From assembly GCA_038562555.1 (NCBI GenBank), contig JBCFBK010000003.1, positions 104,343 to 168,342 on the forward strand: a stretch of 64,000 nt of DNA. Reading direction: 5' to 3'. A program made the translations under genes and the position numbers. Each line of letters starts with the position of its first letter. Position 1 is the stretch's first letter. Positions 19,477 through 29,648 of this stretch are shown here, one piece after another. The notes under the pieces are model-generated. The model was not told the origin of the DNA. It worked only from the letters and a program-made list of their open reading frames with translations, and did no database searches. Origin of the DNA: Prolixibacteraceae bacterium (GTDB lineage: Bacteria > Bacteroidota > Bacteroidia > Bacteroidales > Prolixibacteraceae).

Positions 19477-20061
19477 TTGTACAGCAAAAAAGATATGCAA
19501 CGGGCAATTCAACCGGATTCGGTTGAATGGAATGTCAATACTTTTGAAAGACTGTATGATGACTACTATCCGGCGCTTTGTTTATTTGCCAATAAATACC
19601 TCGGTGACTTAGACCTGTCAAGATCTCTGGTTCAGGAATTATTCGTGGATCTTTGGTTAAAACGGGAAAAACTTATTGTCGGAAAGGATTCGGTCAAATG
19701 CTATCTTTTTAAAGCAGTCCGGAATAAATCGATTGATTATTTAAGGGAATCGAAAAAGACGGTCAGTTTATCCGCCGTTCCGGAATACAGTCTGAATTCT
19801 CCTTTCGAAGATAAGCTGGAAGAAGCTGAATTAAATGCACGCATTAATCAGTCAATCAGTGAACTGCCCGAGAAATGCCGGGAGATCTTTCTGTTGTGCC
19901 GTTTCGAAGGCCTGAAATATGGTCAGATTGCAGAAAAACTAAATATTTCAGTGAAGACGGTCGAGATGCAGATGGGTATAGCATTGAAAAAAATGAAGGA
20001 CAAACTGTCCGATTTACAGGTGATTAAGCTCATGGTGTGTATTTTCTGCAAAAAAAGATGA
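19477..20061 (+). CDS. RNA polymerase ECF-type sigma-70 factor (PUL-associated).
   Basis: It is 194 aa with sigma-70 region 2 (YYPALCLFANKYLGDLDLSRSLVQELFVDLW) and region 4 (CREIFLLCRFEGLKYGQIAEKLNISVKTVEMQM). Confidence 0.85.
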   Translation: MYSKKDMQRAIQPDSVEWNVNTFERLYDDYYPALCLFANKYLGDLDLSRSLVQELFVDLWLKREKLIVGKDSVKCYLFKAVRNKSIDYLRESKKTVSLSAVPEYSLNSPFEDKLEEAELNARINQSISELPEKCREIFLLCRFEGLKYGQIAEKLNISVKTVEMQMGIALKKMKDKLSDLQVIKLMVCIFCKKR

Positions 20062-20118
20062 AAATCGTTACAGGGTATTGGTGTGAATTTCCGTCTATGG
20101 GTGTTAAATCCATGGAAC

Positions 20119-21126
20119 ATGATAAATACCGAACAAATACATGAGCTCATTATAAAAGAAATTTCAGGAAACGCCGGTGCTGAGGAAAGCCTGAAACTCA
20201 AAAACTGGCTTGCTGAGTCTGATGATAATCTGAAGGTCTATCAGGCAAGTCTAAAAACCTGGAGTGTTGCTGAAACCTGGCTGGAGCCTGATCTCATTCA
20301 GCACGACAAACTAAAAATAGTCAGAGACGTCAATCAGCGGTTGGTCGCTCAGTCCTATCGTACCAAGCGGCGTTCCCGTATTTATCTTGCCGCAGCCGTT
20401 CTGGCTTTCCCGATTGCCATGGCGCTAAGCTTTCTTTTCAATGATTCCTCTTCATCTGAGTCAGTTGATCAAACCATTGTCATGTCGGCTCCCGCCGGCC
20501 ATATATCAAAATGTATGCTTCCCGACGGAACAGCCGTGTGGATCAATTCCGGCTCGCAGCTCTTATATAAGTCTTCCGGTTTTGACGGTAGAATACGGGA
20601 AGTCAGCCTCGATGGCGAAGCTTATTTTGAAGTGGTCAAAAATAAAAGCCGTCCCTTTTATGTCAGGACCGGTATAGCCGATGTAAAAGTGACCGGCACT
20701 TCGTTCAACCTGAAAGCAGATCACAAATCAAAAGCATTCGAAACTGTACTGACTGAAGGAAGCATTGAATTGCAGCTTGAAGGCAGGAATCCTGATCAAA
20801 GCATAAAACTTAAGCCGGGAGAAAAAGCTGTTTTTGATGCCGGTCAGAAAAAAATGCTGGTTCAGGAGGTGAACCCTGAGGTTTATTCTGCCTGGAGAAA
20901 TGGCGAGATCATCTTTCAGGATGCTACCCTCAGCGACCTGATTATAGAACTGGAAAGGATTTATGATGTCAAATTCAGGCTAAGCGATCCGGATCTCGGC
21001 AATTATCGTTTCCGGGGGATCTTTAGCTACGACAATAACCTGATCGGTGCACTGGAAAAGTTTAAGGTAACAGCACACATTGATTACTACATAAAGGATA
21101 AGGAAGTATGGCTAAGTAAAAAATAA
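20119..21126 (+). CDS. FecR-family anti-sigma factor (FecR plus DUF4974).
   Basis: The ATG at 20119 gives MINTEQIHELIIKEISGNAGAEE..., a typical FecR N terminus. The track's GTG at 20083 adds 12 atypical residues. One transmembrane segment is present (IYLAAAVLAFPIAMALSFLF), followed by a periplasmic FecR domain. Confidence 0.85.
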   Translation: MINTEQIHELIIKEISGNAGAEESLKLKNWLAESDDNLKVYQASLKTWSVAETWLEPDLIQHDKLKIVRDVNQRLVAQSYRTKRRSRIYLAAAVLAFPIAMALSFLFNDSSSSESVDQTIVMSAPAGHISKCMLPDGTAVWINSGSQLLYKSSGFDGRIREVSLDGEAYFEVVKNKSRPFYVRTGIADVKVTGTSFNLKADHKSKAFETVLTEGSIELQLEGRNPDQSIKLKPGEKAVFDAGQKKMLVQEVNPEVYSAWRNGEIIFQDATLSDLIIELERIYDVKFRLSDPDLGNYRFRGIFSYDNNLIGALEKFKVTAHIDYYIKDKEVWLSKK

Positions 21127-21133
21127 GAGTTGC

Positions 21134-21169
21134 AAAAAAAGAGGGAATAGGTAGTAGCATTCCCTCTTT
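21134..21169 (+). promoter_or_regulatory. Hairpin between the anti-sigma gene and susC (11-bp stem), a possible attenuator or partial terminator.
   Basis: gcaaaAAAGAGGGAATaggtagtagcATTCCCTCTTTaaacc. Confidence 0.35.
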
Positions 21170-21222
21170 AAACCGATTGCAACGAATTGCTAAATCAATT
21201 TTAATGTTAAACATTCAAATTT

Positions 21223-24200
21223 ATGAAAAAATGCTTTAAAAGAGGGGAGATTTACAGCTCCTGGCTAAAAAAACTATGGCTTATGATTCGATTATGCGCA
21301 CTAATGATCTTACTTGCACTGGGTTCCCTTTCAGCAAGTTCTGTTTATTCACAGAATTCGACCTTAACGTTGAAGATGAAGAATTCGACTCTGGCAGAGG
21401 TCTTTAATTCGATTGAAGAGCAAACAGACTACTATTTTTTTTATCACCGCGATCAGTTGAACGATCAACGGATTGTGAGCGTGGATATGGAGAACAAAAA
21501 AATAGGCGAGGTGCTGGATGAGCTTTTTCGTGGTCAGAATATCAGTTATAAAATTGATGGTCGGAGTATCCTGATCGATGTAAAAGAGATTAATCCGGTT
21601 GCACTCGCCCAGCAGGTTAAAACAATTTCAGGCCGGGTTATTGACGCAACGGGCGCTCCGCTTCCCGGAGTGGCAGTTGTTATAAAGGGAACAAACCAGG
21701 GGACCATAACCGGCACCGACGGCAGTTATAACCTGACAAAGGTTTCGGGCGATGCCATACTGGTTTTTTCTTTTGTGGGGATGCGGGTACTGGAAGTTGA
21801 CGTTGCCGGAAAAACTACTGTTAATGTAACGCTGGAAGAAGAGACCATCGGCATCGAAGAGGTCGTTGCCATCGGCTACGGAACTCAAAAAAAGGTAAGT
21901 GTTACCGGAGCGGTGGGCAGTATCAAAAATGAAAGCATTAGCCGTTTGGCCAACAACACCACTGCGGCTATGCAGGGGGTGGCGCCCGGTTTGACAATCC
22001 TGGACAAGGGCGGTTCGCCGGGACGCGGAAATACAACCCTTCGGATCCGGGGAATTACGACCATTGACAGTGATAGCGGCGATGGCGTTGACAGTAATGC
22101 GGCTTTGTTTCTGGTAGACGGTGTAGAGCAACGGATATCCGATATCAACCCCGACGATGTTGAAAGTGTCTCCATTCTGAAAGATGCCTCTGCCACAGCG
22201 ATCTATGGTTCCCGTGCAGCCAACGGGGTGGTGCTGGTTACCACCAAACGCGGTAAGGAAGGCGGGGTTAAGGTCGACCTGAACACCTACTGGGGAATGC
22301 AGAGCGTGACGAATAAGGTGGAGCATATGGAGACTGTAACCTACATGCGCCAGCAAAATTATGCCTTCCAAAATGCCGGGCAGAAGGCGAGATATTCTGA
22401 TACTTTTATTCAGGAATGGATCGACAATCATGATGCTGATCCGGTCACTTACCGTAAAGCCAACCAATGGCAGGATGCGGTATACCGCGATGCGCTCCAG
22501 CAGAATTACAGCCTCACAGTGAGCGGGGGCAACGAAAAAGCAAAAGGTCTGATGGGATTACGTTATTACAAACAGGATGGCGTGGTGCCTCATTTTAATT
22601 CTGATATTAAAGAGATCCGCGTCAATACCGACTTTAAACCTTTGGAACGACTTAAGCTTTCGGCCGACGCCAATTTTCGTACCCGTTATTCGCTGGCACC
22701 TGTCGGTGCTTACGATTATGATGTAAATGGCGGAGGCGTGTTCTATTCGATGTTTCATGCCACACAATTTGTTGTACCGCAATATCCCGATGGGACCTAT
22801 GGTCTGGGCAATAAAAATGCTAATCCGCTTCTTCTGGCCCGAATGGCCGGTGATGATGAACAATGGAATAATTTGTTTATAGGCAGCCTGAAAGCAGAAT
22901 TGAGTCTTTTCGAGGGGCTTAAGTTCACCACCCAGTATGCCCAGCGCTTTGCCTATAATAAAACGGTGGCTTTCACCAATGCCTATACCGTAGTCGATAC
23001 GAACTTTCTCGACTGGGGAGCCACTGCAAGAGACGAAGCCTATAACCCTTCCGCCACCCGCAAACGTACCCGGTCAATCACCCGTAACAGCATGGATGAT
23101 TACCGTCAGGACCAGAATGAATATACCCTTAATCTGTTGCTCGATTACGAGAAACAATTCGGCAGGCACGGTCTGCACGCACTGGGAGGCTTTTCTCAAA
23201 TTGAAAACGAATGGTCGCACAATCAGGCTTATCGCCAGGATTTTTACAACAATGACGTTCAGTCGATCAATATGGGCTCGGAAAGTACCTGGAAAAGCTA
23301 TGGGTATAACAACGAGTACGCCTTGCGTTCGTATTTCGGAAGGTTAAACTATAACTACGATAACCGTTATCTGTTGGAGGGTAACCTGCGTTATGACGGA
23401 ACTTCGCGCTTCACCGGCGACAACCAGTACGGAACATTTCCGTCGTTCTCCGGGGGGTGGCGGATCTCAAATGAAGCATTCTGGAGCGACAATCTCCTTA
23501 AGCTCGTTTCTGATCTTAAACTGAGAGGCTCCTGGGGTAAAACAGGAAATCAGACCGCCGGTCTGTATGCCTTTTATGAATCGTACGGTTCCACCACCTA
23601 TAACTTTAGCGGCGCGGTTGTGCAGGGCTATATGCAAACTTCGCTGGCAAACAGCAACCTGAAATGGGAGACCAGTACCCAGACCGATCTGGGTATCGAT
23701 GCCGGTTTGCTGGATAATCGTCTGACCATCAGTGCTGATTATTATTACAAACGAACAGAGGGTATCCTGGTCAACCTGCCTATTTCGGGTACGATCGGTC
23801 TCGATGCACCGGTACAGAACGCTGCCGTAGTTGATAATAAAGGATTTGAATTGTCGGTCGACTGGAAACACAAAGCCGGTGATTTTTCGTATGGTGCCAA
23901 CTTCAATATTTCAAACAACAAAAATGAAGTCATCAGCCTCGGCGGGGCGAATCCCACCGTAAGCGGCGGTGCGTCCGATGTCATTACAACCGTGCGGGAA
24001 GGCTACGCGATTAACTCGTACTGGGGTTACCAGACGGATGGCCTGATTACCCAGGCCGATCTTGATGCGGGCTACCCGGTTTACGACAGCCGGATGACCC
24101 TCGGTGATGTGAAATATGTAAACCGCAGTGAGGATAATAAGATTGATGCAGAGGATATGACGGTGATCGGGAATGAGTTCCCGCGCTTCCCCTTCGCCCT

Positions 24201-24654
24201 GAGCGGATACGTGAACTGGAAAGGATTCGACTTTTCGTTTATGCTCCAGGGGGTGATGGACGCGCAGACCCGGGTTTCCGGAGCACTGGCTGAAGGAGGT
24301 AACTTTGAGGGTTTCACCCTTGACATTTTCAAGGATTACTGGACACCGGAAAATATGGACGCCCGTTTTCCGCGCCCAAGGAAGAGCGTCGATTATAATG
24401 CGATGATGTCGGACTATTGGGTCGTTGATGCCGGTTACCTCCGGTTGAAGAATATTTCGCTTGGTTATACCCTGCCGCGCATGCTGAGCCAGAAGCTGTA
24501 TCTCAGTAAAGCGCGTATCTATGTGGCGGGCAGCAATATTCTGACGTTTTCGCCGCTCAAGGAGTGGGGGCTTGACCCGGAATTTGTTTCCGGACGTTTT
24601 CTGTATTACCCGCAAACGTCGGTTTATACCCTGGGTTTGAATTTAACTTTTTAA
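21223..24654 (+). CDS. SusC/RagA-family TonB-dependent transducer with an N-terminal STN signalling domain.
   Basis: It is 1143 aa. An N-terminal extension (LAEVFNSIEEQTDYYFFYHRDQLNDQRIVSVDMENKKIGEVLDELF) precedes the carboxypeptidase-like domain, and the plug reads SILKDASATAIYGSRAANGVVLVTT. It is adjacent to an ECF sigma/anti-sigma pair. Confidence 0.95.
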   Translation: MKKCFKRGEIYSSWLKKLWLMIRLCALMILLALGSLSASSVYSQNSTLTLKMKNSTLAEVFNSIEEQTDYYFFYHRDQLNDQRIVSVDMENKKIGEVLDELFRGQNISYKIDGRSILIDVKEINPVALAQQVKTISGRVIDATGAPLPGVAVVIKGTNQGTITGTDGSYNLTKVSGDAILVFSFVGMRVLEVDVAGKTTVNVTLEEETIGIEEVVAIGYGTQKKVSVTGAVGSIKNESISRLANNTTAAMQGVAPGLTILDKGGSPGRGNTTLRIRGITTIDSDSGDGVDSNAALFLVDGVEQRISDINPDDVESVSILKDASATAIYGSRAANGVVLVTTKRGKEGGVKVDLNTYWGMQSVTNKVEHMETVTYMRQQNYAFQNAGQKARYSDTFIQEWIDNHDADPVTYRKANQWQDAVYRDALQQNYSLTVSGGNEKAKGLMGLRYYKQDGVVPHFNSDIKEIRVNTDFKPLERLKLSADANFRTRYSLAPVGAYDYDVNGGGVFYSMFHATQFVVPQYPDGTYGLGNKNANPLLLARMAGDDEQWNNLFIGSLKAELSLFEGLKFTTQYAQRFAYNKTVAFTNAYTVVDTNFLDWGATARDEAYNPSATRKRTRSITRNSMDDYRQDQNEYTLNLLLDYEKQFGRHGLHALGGFSQIENEWSHNQAYRQDFYNNDVQSINMGSESTWKSYGYNNEYALRSYFGRLNYNYDNRYLLEGNLRYDGTSRFTGDNQYGTFPSFSGGWRISNEAFWSDNLLKLVSDLKLRGSWGKTGNQTAGLYAFYESYGSTTYNFSGAVVQGYMQTSLANSNLKWETSTQTDLGIDAGLLDNRLTISADYYYKRTEGILVNLPISGTIGLDAPVQNAAVVDNKGFELSVDWKHKAGDFSYGANFNISNNKNEVISLGGANPTVSGGASDVITTVREGYAINSYWGYQTDGLITQADLDAGYPVYDSRMTLGDVKYVNRSEDNKIDAEDMTVIGNEFPRFPFALSGYVNWKGFDFSFMLQGVMDAQTRVSGALAEGGNFEGFTLDIFKDYWTPENMDARFPRPRKSVDYNAMMSDYWVVDAGYLRLKNISLGYTLPRMLSQKLYLSKARIYVAGSNILTFSPLKEWGLDPEFVSGRFLYYPQTSVYTLGLNLTF

Positions 24655-24665
24655 CTCACTGACCA

Positions 24666-26285
24666 ATGAAAAAACATCAATATTTTCTGATCATGATGTT
24701 CGCTGTCGTCCTGTTTGGATGCAGCGACGTGCTGGATACGGTACCTACCGACCGTTTATCGTCTGACGTGTACTGGCAGACTGATAAAGACGCCGAATAT
24801 GCGGCCAATGCCATTTACCGTTTTCTGGAAAGCCCGGTCACCATATTGGGACGTGATGAGATGTCGGATCTGGCGCGCGCTACATTCGAAACCTCTGACG
24901 AAACAAAGGTCGAAGCCAGTATTGCGGACCCGCAGACCAATATCTTTCAGAATACCTGGAATGATCTGTATAAAGGGATACGACGCTGTAATGACTACAT
25001 GGCGAATGTGGAGAAAATAACGCCTGCCGACCAGGCAAAAGTTGACCGCCTCACCGCCGAGGTCCGCACACTGCGGTGTTATTTTTATTCCCGCCTTACA
25101 TCTTATTTCGGCGACGTGCCCCTCGTGACCACGCCAATCGGTATTGAAGAATCAAAGGCGCTGACCCGTACGCCGGTGTCTGAGATCTACGATTTTATTT
25201 ATACCGAGATTACCGCTTCTGTGAACGCCCTGCCGGCAACCACAACCGAAAAAGGCCGTGTGACCAAAGGTGCCGCTCTGGGCATTCTCGCCCGGACCAT
25301 GTTGTTTGCAGCCGGCAACGTGACCGGTACCGATGCCCGGGCAGAGATGTACTACGAACGTGCCATGGATGCAGCCGATGCCGTGATTGCATTGGGCGTA
25401 TACGATCTTCTGCCGGCATATAAGGAGTTGTTCAAGTATGCAAACGAGAACAGCGTGGAAGTCGTGTTCGATGTTCAATACCTGAAAGACGTCTACGCCA
25501 ATGCTGTCATGAATAACTTTGGGGCAGTGTCGTTGGGAAACAATGGTTCGAGTATGTCGCCTACGGCAGTTTTGGTTGATGAATATGAAACAATAAACGG
25601 GAAAATGATAACTGAAGATGCATCCTACGATCCGAAGAATCCTTATGCCGGCCGTGATCCGCGGCTCAGCTATACCCTGTATGTTCCGGGCGACGTGCTG
25701 CCAAACGGAACAATCTATGATTCGCGTCCGGGGTGGAGCACAAGCGGCGATGTGATAGGAGCCAGCTACCAGGTTTCAAAGACCGGTTTGCTACCCCGAA
25801 AGTACATCAATCCCGAAGATGTGGGACAAAGCAACCGCAGCAACTGCGGGATCAATCTGATTCTTGTCCGCTACGCCGAAATCCTGCTGACTGCTGCCGA
25901 AGCCCGGATCGAACTGAACACCGAACCCGGTGTTGCGCTGCAGTACATCAACAGGATCCGTCAACGTGCCGACGTCAACATGCCTGCGTTAACAGGCATT
26001 TCCGGGCAGGTTGCCCTGCGTCAGGCTGTGCGGCACGAACGGATGGTGGAACTGGCGCTCGAAGGGAGCCGCTTCTTTGATATCCGGCGCTGGAAAATTG
26101 CCGAAAGCGTGTGTAACATGGATCAGATCACCGGAATGCGCTATGTGGATAAAACGACCGGACAACTGGTCACCATTACCACGGATTATAAGAAAAAATT
26201 CGCCGCCAGGGATTATCTTTGGCCGATACCCTATAATGAGCGACAATTAAATACCAATTTAACCCAAAATGAAGGATGGGATTAG
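24666..26285 (+). CDS. SusD/RagB-family nutrient-binding lipoprotein.
   Basis: It is 539 aa with the lipobox VLFGCSDV. The C-terminal RFFDIRRWKIAE motif is present. It follows susC after 11 nt. Confidence 0.9.
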   Translation: MKKHQYFLIMMFAVVLFGCSDVLDTVPTDRLSSDVYWQTDKDAEYAANAIYRFLESPVTILGRDEMSDLARATFETSDETKVEASIADPQTNIFQNTWNDLYKGIRRCNDYMANVEKITPADQAKVDRLTAEVRTLRCYFYSRLTSYFGDVPLVTTPIGIEESKALTRTPVSEIYDFIYTEITASVNALPATTTEKGRVTKGAALGILARTMLFAAGNVTGTDARAEMYYERAMDAADAVIALGVYDLLPAYKELFKYANENSVEVVFDVQYLKDVYANAVMNNFGAVSLGNNGSSMSPTAVLVDEYETINGKMITEDASYDPKNPYAGRDPRLSYTLYVPGDVLPNGTIYDSRPGWSTSGDVIGASYQVSKTGLLPRKYINPEDVGQSNRSNCGINLILVRYAEILLTAAEARIELNTEPGVALQYINRIRQRADVNMPALTGISGQVALRQAVRHERMVELALEGSRFFDIRRWKIAESVCNMDQITGMRYVDKTTGQLVTITTDYKKKFAARDYLWPIPYNERQLNTNLTQNEGWD

Positions 26286-26299
26286 AAATCACAGAAAAG

Positions 26300-27919
26300 A
26301 TGATCCGGCTAAAACCCTTTGAATTGCTGGCCATCGGGGGCGCTTTGCTGTCGGCGGGCCTGCAGGCACAGCCTGTAAAGCCTGAGCGCCCCAATATCAT
26401 GATCATCATGCTCGATGATATGGGCTATTCTGATTTGGGCTGTTATGGCGGAGAGATTAAAACGCCCAACATTGACCGGCTCGCGGCAACCGGTGTGCGG
26501 TTTACACAGATGCACAACAGCGCCCGCTGCTGTCCGACCCGGGCCTCGCTGCTCACCGGACACCATCCCCAGGTGGCAGGCATCAACGGCATGGGGGTGA
26601 ACATGAGCATGAACACGTCCACCATTGCCGAAGTGTTAAAGGAGAACGGGTATAAAACGGGAATGACCGGCAAATGGCATTTGTCGCAAACCAAAGCGCT
26701 CCCTGATCATGCTGAGCACCTGCGCTGGCTGGCTCACCGCTCTGATCACGGACCGTTTTCTCCTCTGGAGAACTATCCCTGCAACCGGGGATTTCAGGAA
26801 CACTGGGGTACGATCTGGGGTGTGGTGAATTTCTTCGATCCCTTCAGTCTGGTCCACAATGAAGAGCCCATTAAAGAAGTACCTGACGATTTTTATATGA
26901 CCGATTTCGTTACCGGCAAATCGCTTGATCTGATTGAACAGTATGGCCGGGACGATCAGCCTTTTTTCCTGTATGTGGCTCATACGGCGCCGCACTGGCC
27001 GCTGCACGCGCTGCCGGAGGATATTGAAAAGTATAAGGATACCTATACGGCAGGCTGGGATGCGATCCGGAAAAACCGCTACGAGCGGATGGTCCAACTG
27101 GGACTGATCGACCGGGAAACCTATCCGTTGCCTGAGAATTCGGCGGGTAAAAAGTGGGAAGATTGTGAACAGAAGGCTTATGAAGCCGCTTGTATGGCCG
27201 TGCATGCCGCGATGATCGACCATGTGGACCAGGGCGTAGGAAAAATCATTCAAAAGCTGAAGGAGACCGGACAGTATGAAAATACGATCATCTTTGTGCT
27301 GTCGGACAACGGCGCCTCGTATGAAAGGGGCTATCCCCCCGGGTTCGACCGTCCGGGCTTCACCCGGGATTCGGTGATCATTGAATACAATTCTCCTCAT
27401 CCGGGACCGGAAACAACCTGGAACTATATTGGCAATGCCTGGGCAAGCGCGGCAAACACGCCTTTCCGTTACTGGAAAAAAGAATCGTATGAAGGCGGAT
27501 CGGCGACTCCGTTCATTGTTCACTGGCCTAAAGGATTGAAAGGGAAGGAAAATACCATTAACAGGAGCGTAGCGCATGTGATGGATTTGATGCCCACCTG
27601 CCTGGAGTTGTCCGGGAGCCGTTATCCGGAGGAGGTGAACGGACAGAAAGCGTTTCCTCTTCCGGGGAAAAGTATTATGCCTCTGGTGTACGGACAAACG
27701 AAGGCCATTCACGATACCCTATACTGGGAACATGAAGGCGGACGGGCGATCCGTATCGGCGACTGGAAAATGTCGGCTTTGCCGAAAAGAAAATGGGAGT
27801 TGTTCAATTTAGCTGAAGATCATACCGAGACAACCGATCTGTCGGCAAAACATCCGGATAAATTAAAACAGATGGATGAAGCCTGGCATGATTGGGCTGT
27901 AAAACTGGGTATTCGATAA
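26300..27919 (+). CDS. Sulfatase (S1 family, Cys-type formylglycine sulfatase), secreted.
   Basis: It carries the signature CCPTRASLLTGHHPQ with an N-terminal signal (MIRLKPFELLAIGGALLSAGLQAQ). The in-frame upstream ATG at 26276 overlaps the susD stop. Confidence 0.9.
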   Translation: MIRLKPFELLAIGGALLSAGLQAQPVKPERPNIMIIMLDDMGYSDLGCYGGEIKTPNIDRLAATGVRFTQMHNSARCCPTRASLLTGHHPQVAGINGMGVNMSMNTSTIAEVLKENGYKTGMTGKWHLSQTKALPDHAEHLRWLAHRSDHGPFSPLENYPCNRGFQEHWGTIWGVVNFFDPFSLVHNEEPIKEVPDDFYMTDFVTGKSLDLIEQYGRDDQPFFLYVAHTAPHWPLHALPEDIEKYKDTYTAGWDAIRKNRYERMVQLGLIDRETYPLPENSAGKKWEDCEQKAYEAACMAVHAAMIDHVDQGVGKIIQKLKETGQYENTIIFVLSDNGASYERGYPPGFDRPGFTRDSVIIEYNSPHPGPETTWNYIGNAWASAANTPFRYWKKESYEGGSATPFIVHWPKGLKGKENTINRSVAHVMDLMPTCLELSGSRYPEEVNGQKAFPLPGKSIMPLVYGQTKAIHDTLYWEHEGGRAIRIGDWKMSALPKRKWELFNLAEDHTETTDLSAKHPDKLKQMDEAWHDWAVKLGIR

Positions 27920-27925
27920 AAAGGC

Positions 27926-27958
27926 AAAAAGGGCTGCCGGTTTCGGCGGCCCTTTGCA
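27926..27958. terminator. Bidirectional intrinsic terminator hairpin between the convergent sulfatase and DJ-1 genes.
   Basis: The sequence is aaAAAGGGCTGCCGgtttCGGCGGCCCTTTgc: a ~9-bp GC-rich stem with one G-U pair, flanked by an A-run and a T-run. Confidence 0.6.
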
Positions 27959-27962
27959 TGGA

Positions 27963-28538
27963 TCAGATTTCGATTTTTGCGCCCATCACCTTTAAAAATT
28001 CCCGGATGAACGCCGGATGGGCAGGCCAGGCGGGAGCCGTAACCAGCTTCCCGTCAACATAGGCGCCATCGACCGGGATGGACTGAAATTCTCCTCCTGC
28101 CAATGTTACTTCAGGGCCCACTGCCGGATAAGCGGTAAGCTTTCGTCCCCTGACTACATCGGCAGCGGTCAGGATCTGAATGCCGTGGCAAATGGCAGCA
28201 ACCGGCTTGTCGGCTTCAAAAAAATGCTTGACGCAGGTGATTACAGCCGGAACCAGGCGAAGGTATTCGGGCGCCCTTCCGCCTGCTATTACAAGACCTT
28301 GATACTCATCGAAGTTTACCTGATTAAAGCTGTAATTTAACAGGAAATGATGGCCGGGCTTTTCCGTGTAGGTCTGATCTCCCTCAAAATCATGAATCGC
28401 AGTTTTAATAGTTTCTCCGGCTTTTTTGTCAGGGCAAACCGCATGAACCTCATAGCCTGCCATCTGGAGCATCTGGAACGGGACCATCGTTTCATAATCT
28501 TCGGCAAAATCGCCGGTCAGGAATAATATTTTCTTCAT
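27963..28538 (-). CDS. DJ-1/PfpI-family protein (ThiJ/PfpI glutamine amidotransferase-like).
   Basis: It is 191 aa with the nucleophile elbow [10 protein letters not shown] and the family-typical start [16 protein letters not shown]. Confidence 0.85.
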   Translation of the reverse strand: MKKILFLTGDFAEDYETMVPFQMLQMAGYEVHAVCPDKKAGETIKTAIHDFEGDQTYTEKPGHHFLLNYSFNQVNFDEYQGLVIAGGRAPEYLRLVPAVITCVKHFFEADKPVAAICHGIQILTAADVVRGRKLTAYPAVGPEVTLAGGEFQSIPVDGAYVDGKLVTAPAWPAHPAFIREFLKVMGAKIEI

Positions 28539-28701
28539 ATCGTTAAAAAATTAGAATGAATATTGAAATGTGACATCTTTTCGGAGCGTCAATCAAACAA
28601 CGTATGCGAAAAGATAAATGTTTCTTAATGAATTGTTTTATTCAGCATCTGCAAGCCGCGCATGAATGATAAATTCAACTTAATTTTGGCATCTTTGGGC
28701 C

Positions 28702-29634
28702 ATGTTAAGCATCAGAAAGACGTTATCGGATACCACTTTCCTGGCAATCGTGGCATCGTTGCTGTGGGCTTCGGCATTTGCCGGAGTGAAAATCGGTCTG
28801 AAATATCATACGCCGTTCCAGTTTGCCGGGGTGCGTTTTATGTTGTCAGGGATGATGCTGATCCTTTATTTTAACCATATCCGTAATTATTGGCAGGAAG
28901 TAGTCAGAAACTGGCGTTTTATTGCCCTCATTGCTTTGCTCCAGACCGTGATTCAATACATGCTGTTTTATTCCGGCCTCGACCTGTTGCCGGCGTCTAT
29001 TGCTGCGATGATCACCGGATCGTCGCCTTTGTTTATTTCGGTCGTGGCTCATGTTATGGTCAGGGACGATCGCATGGACCGGATAAAACTGTTCAGTATT
29101 TTGATGGGTGTGGCCGGAGTGGCTGTTATCAGCCTGAGCCGGACCCATCTTTCCTCCGGGCTGGCCATCAGTTTGTTAGGTGTGGTGTTGCTGCTGACGA
29201 ACAATCTCTTTTCGGGATGGGCAAATGTGCTGATCGCTAAACGCGCAAAACCGGTATCGCCCATTGTGTTGAGTGCCTCCTCATTGTTTTTTGGCGGGAT
29301 CGGTCTTGTGCTCATTTCGATTCCCGTTGAAGGATATGGCCTGAAAGCAATTGCTCCCGAATATTTTGTTTCGCTGGGCTGGCTCAGCTTTTTATCGGCT
29401 GCGGCTTTCGCCATCTGGTATACCCTTTTGCAGCGTCCCGGCGTGAAGGTTTCGGAACTCAACATGTGGAAATTCCTTATACCCGTTGCCGGAGCCCTCT
29501 TAAGCTGGATACTGATCCCCGACGAAAGCCCCGACCTGATCTCGGTTGCCGGAATGCTCATCATTGCCGCGTCCTTACTCGTTAACAGCTACTCAAACCG
29601 GAAGAAGATGATAGTTGTTCGTAATGAGTCGTAA
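28702..29634 (+). CDS. DMT-superfamily (EamA-like) transporter.
   Basis: It is 310 aa, very hydrophobic, with ~10 predicted transmembrane segments in a duplicated EamA-like arrangement. Confidence 0.75.
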   Translation: MLSIRKTLSDTTFLAIVASLLWASAFAGVKIGLKYHTPFQFAGVRFMLSGMMLILYFNHIRNYWQEVVRNWRFIALIALLQTVIQYMLFYSGLDLLPASIAAMITGSSPLFISVVAHVMVRDDRMDRIKLFSILMGVAGVAVISLSRTHLSSGLAISLLGVVLLLTNNLFSGWANVLIAKRAKPVSPIVLSASSLFFGGIGLVLISIPVEGYGLKAIAPEYFVSLGWLSFLSAAAFAIWYTLLQRPGVKVSELNMWKFLIPVAGALLSWILIPDESPDLISVAGMLIIAASLLVNSYSNRKKMIVVRNES

Positions 29635-29644
29635 GTCGTAAGAG
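29626..29644. repeat. REP-like repeat copy overlapping the DMT gene stop codon.
   Basis: GAGTCGTAAGTCGTAAGAG. The gene's last codons gag-tcg-taa are part of the repeat. Confidence 0.6.
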
Positions 29645-29648
29645 ATAA

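Noticed and set aside
20083-20118. A GTG-initiated N-terminal extension of the anti-sigma factor (MNFRLWVLNPWN).
   Set aside because: The internal ATG at 20119 yields the canonical FecR start (MINTEQIHELI…). The extension has no family support.
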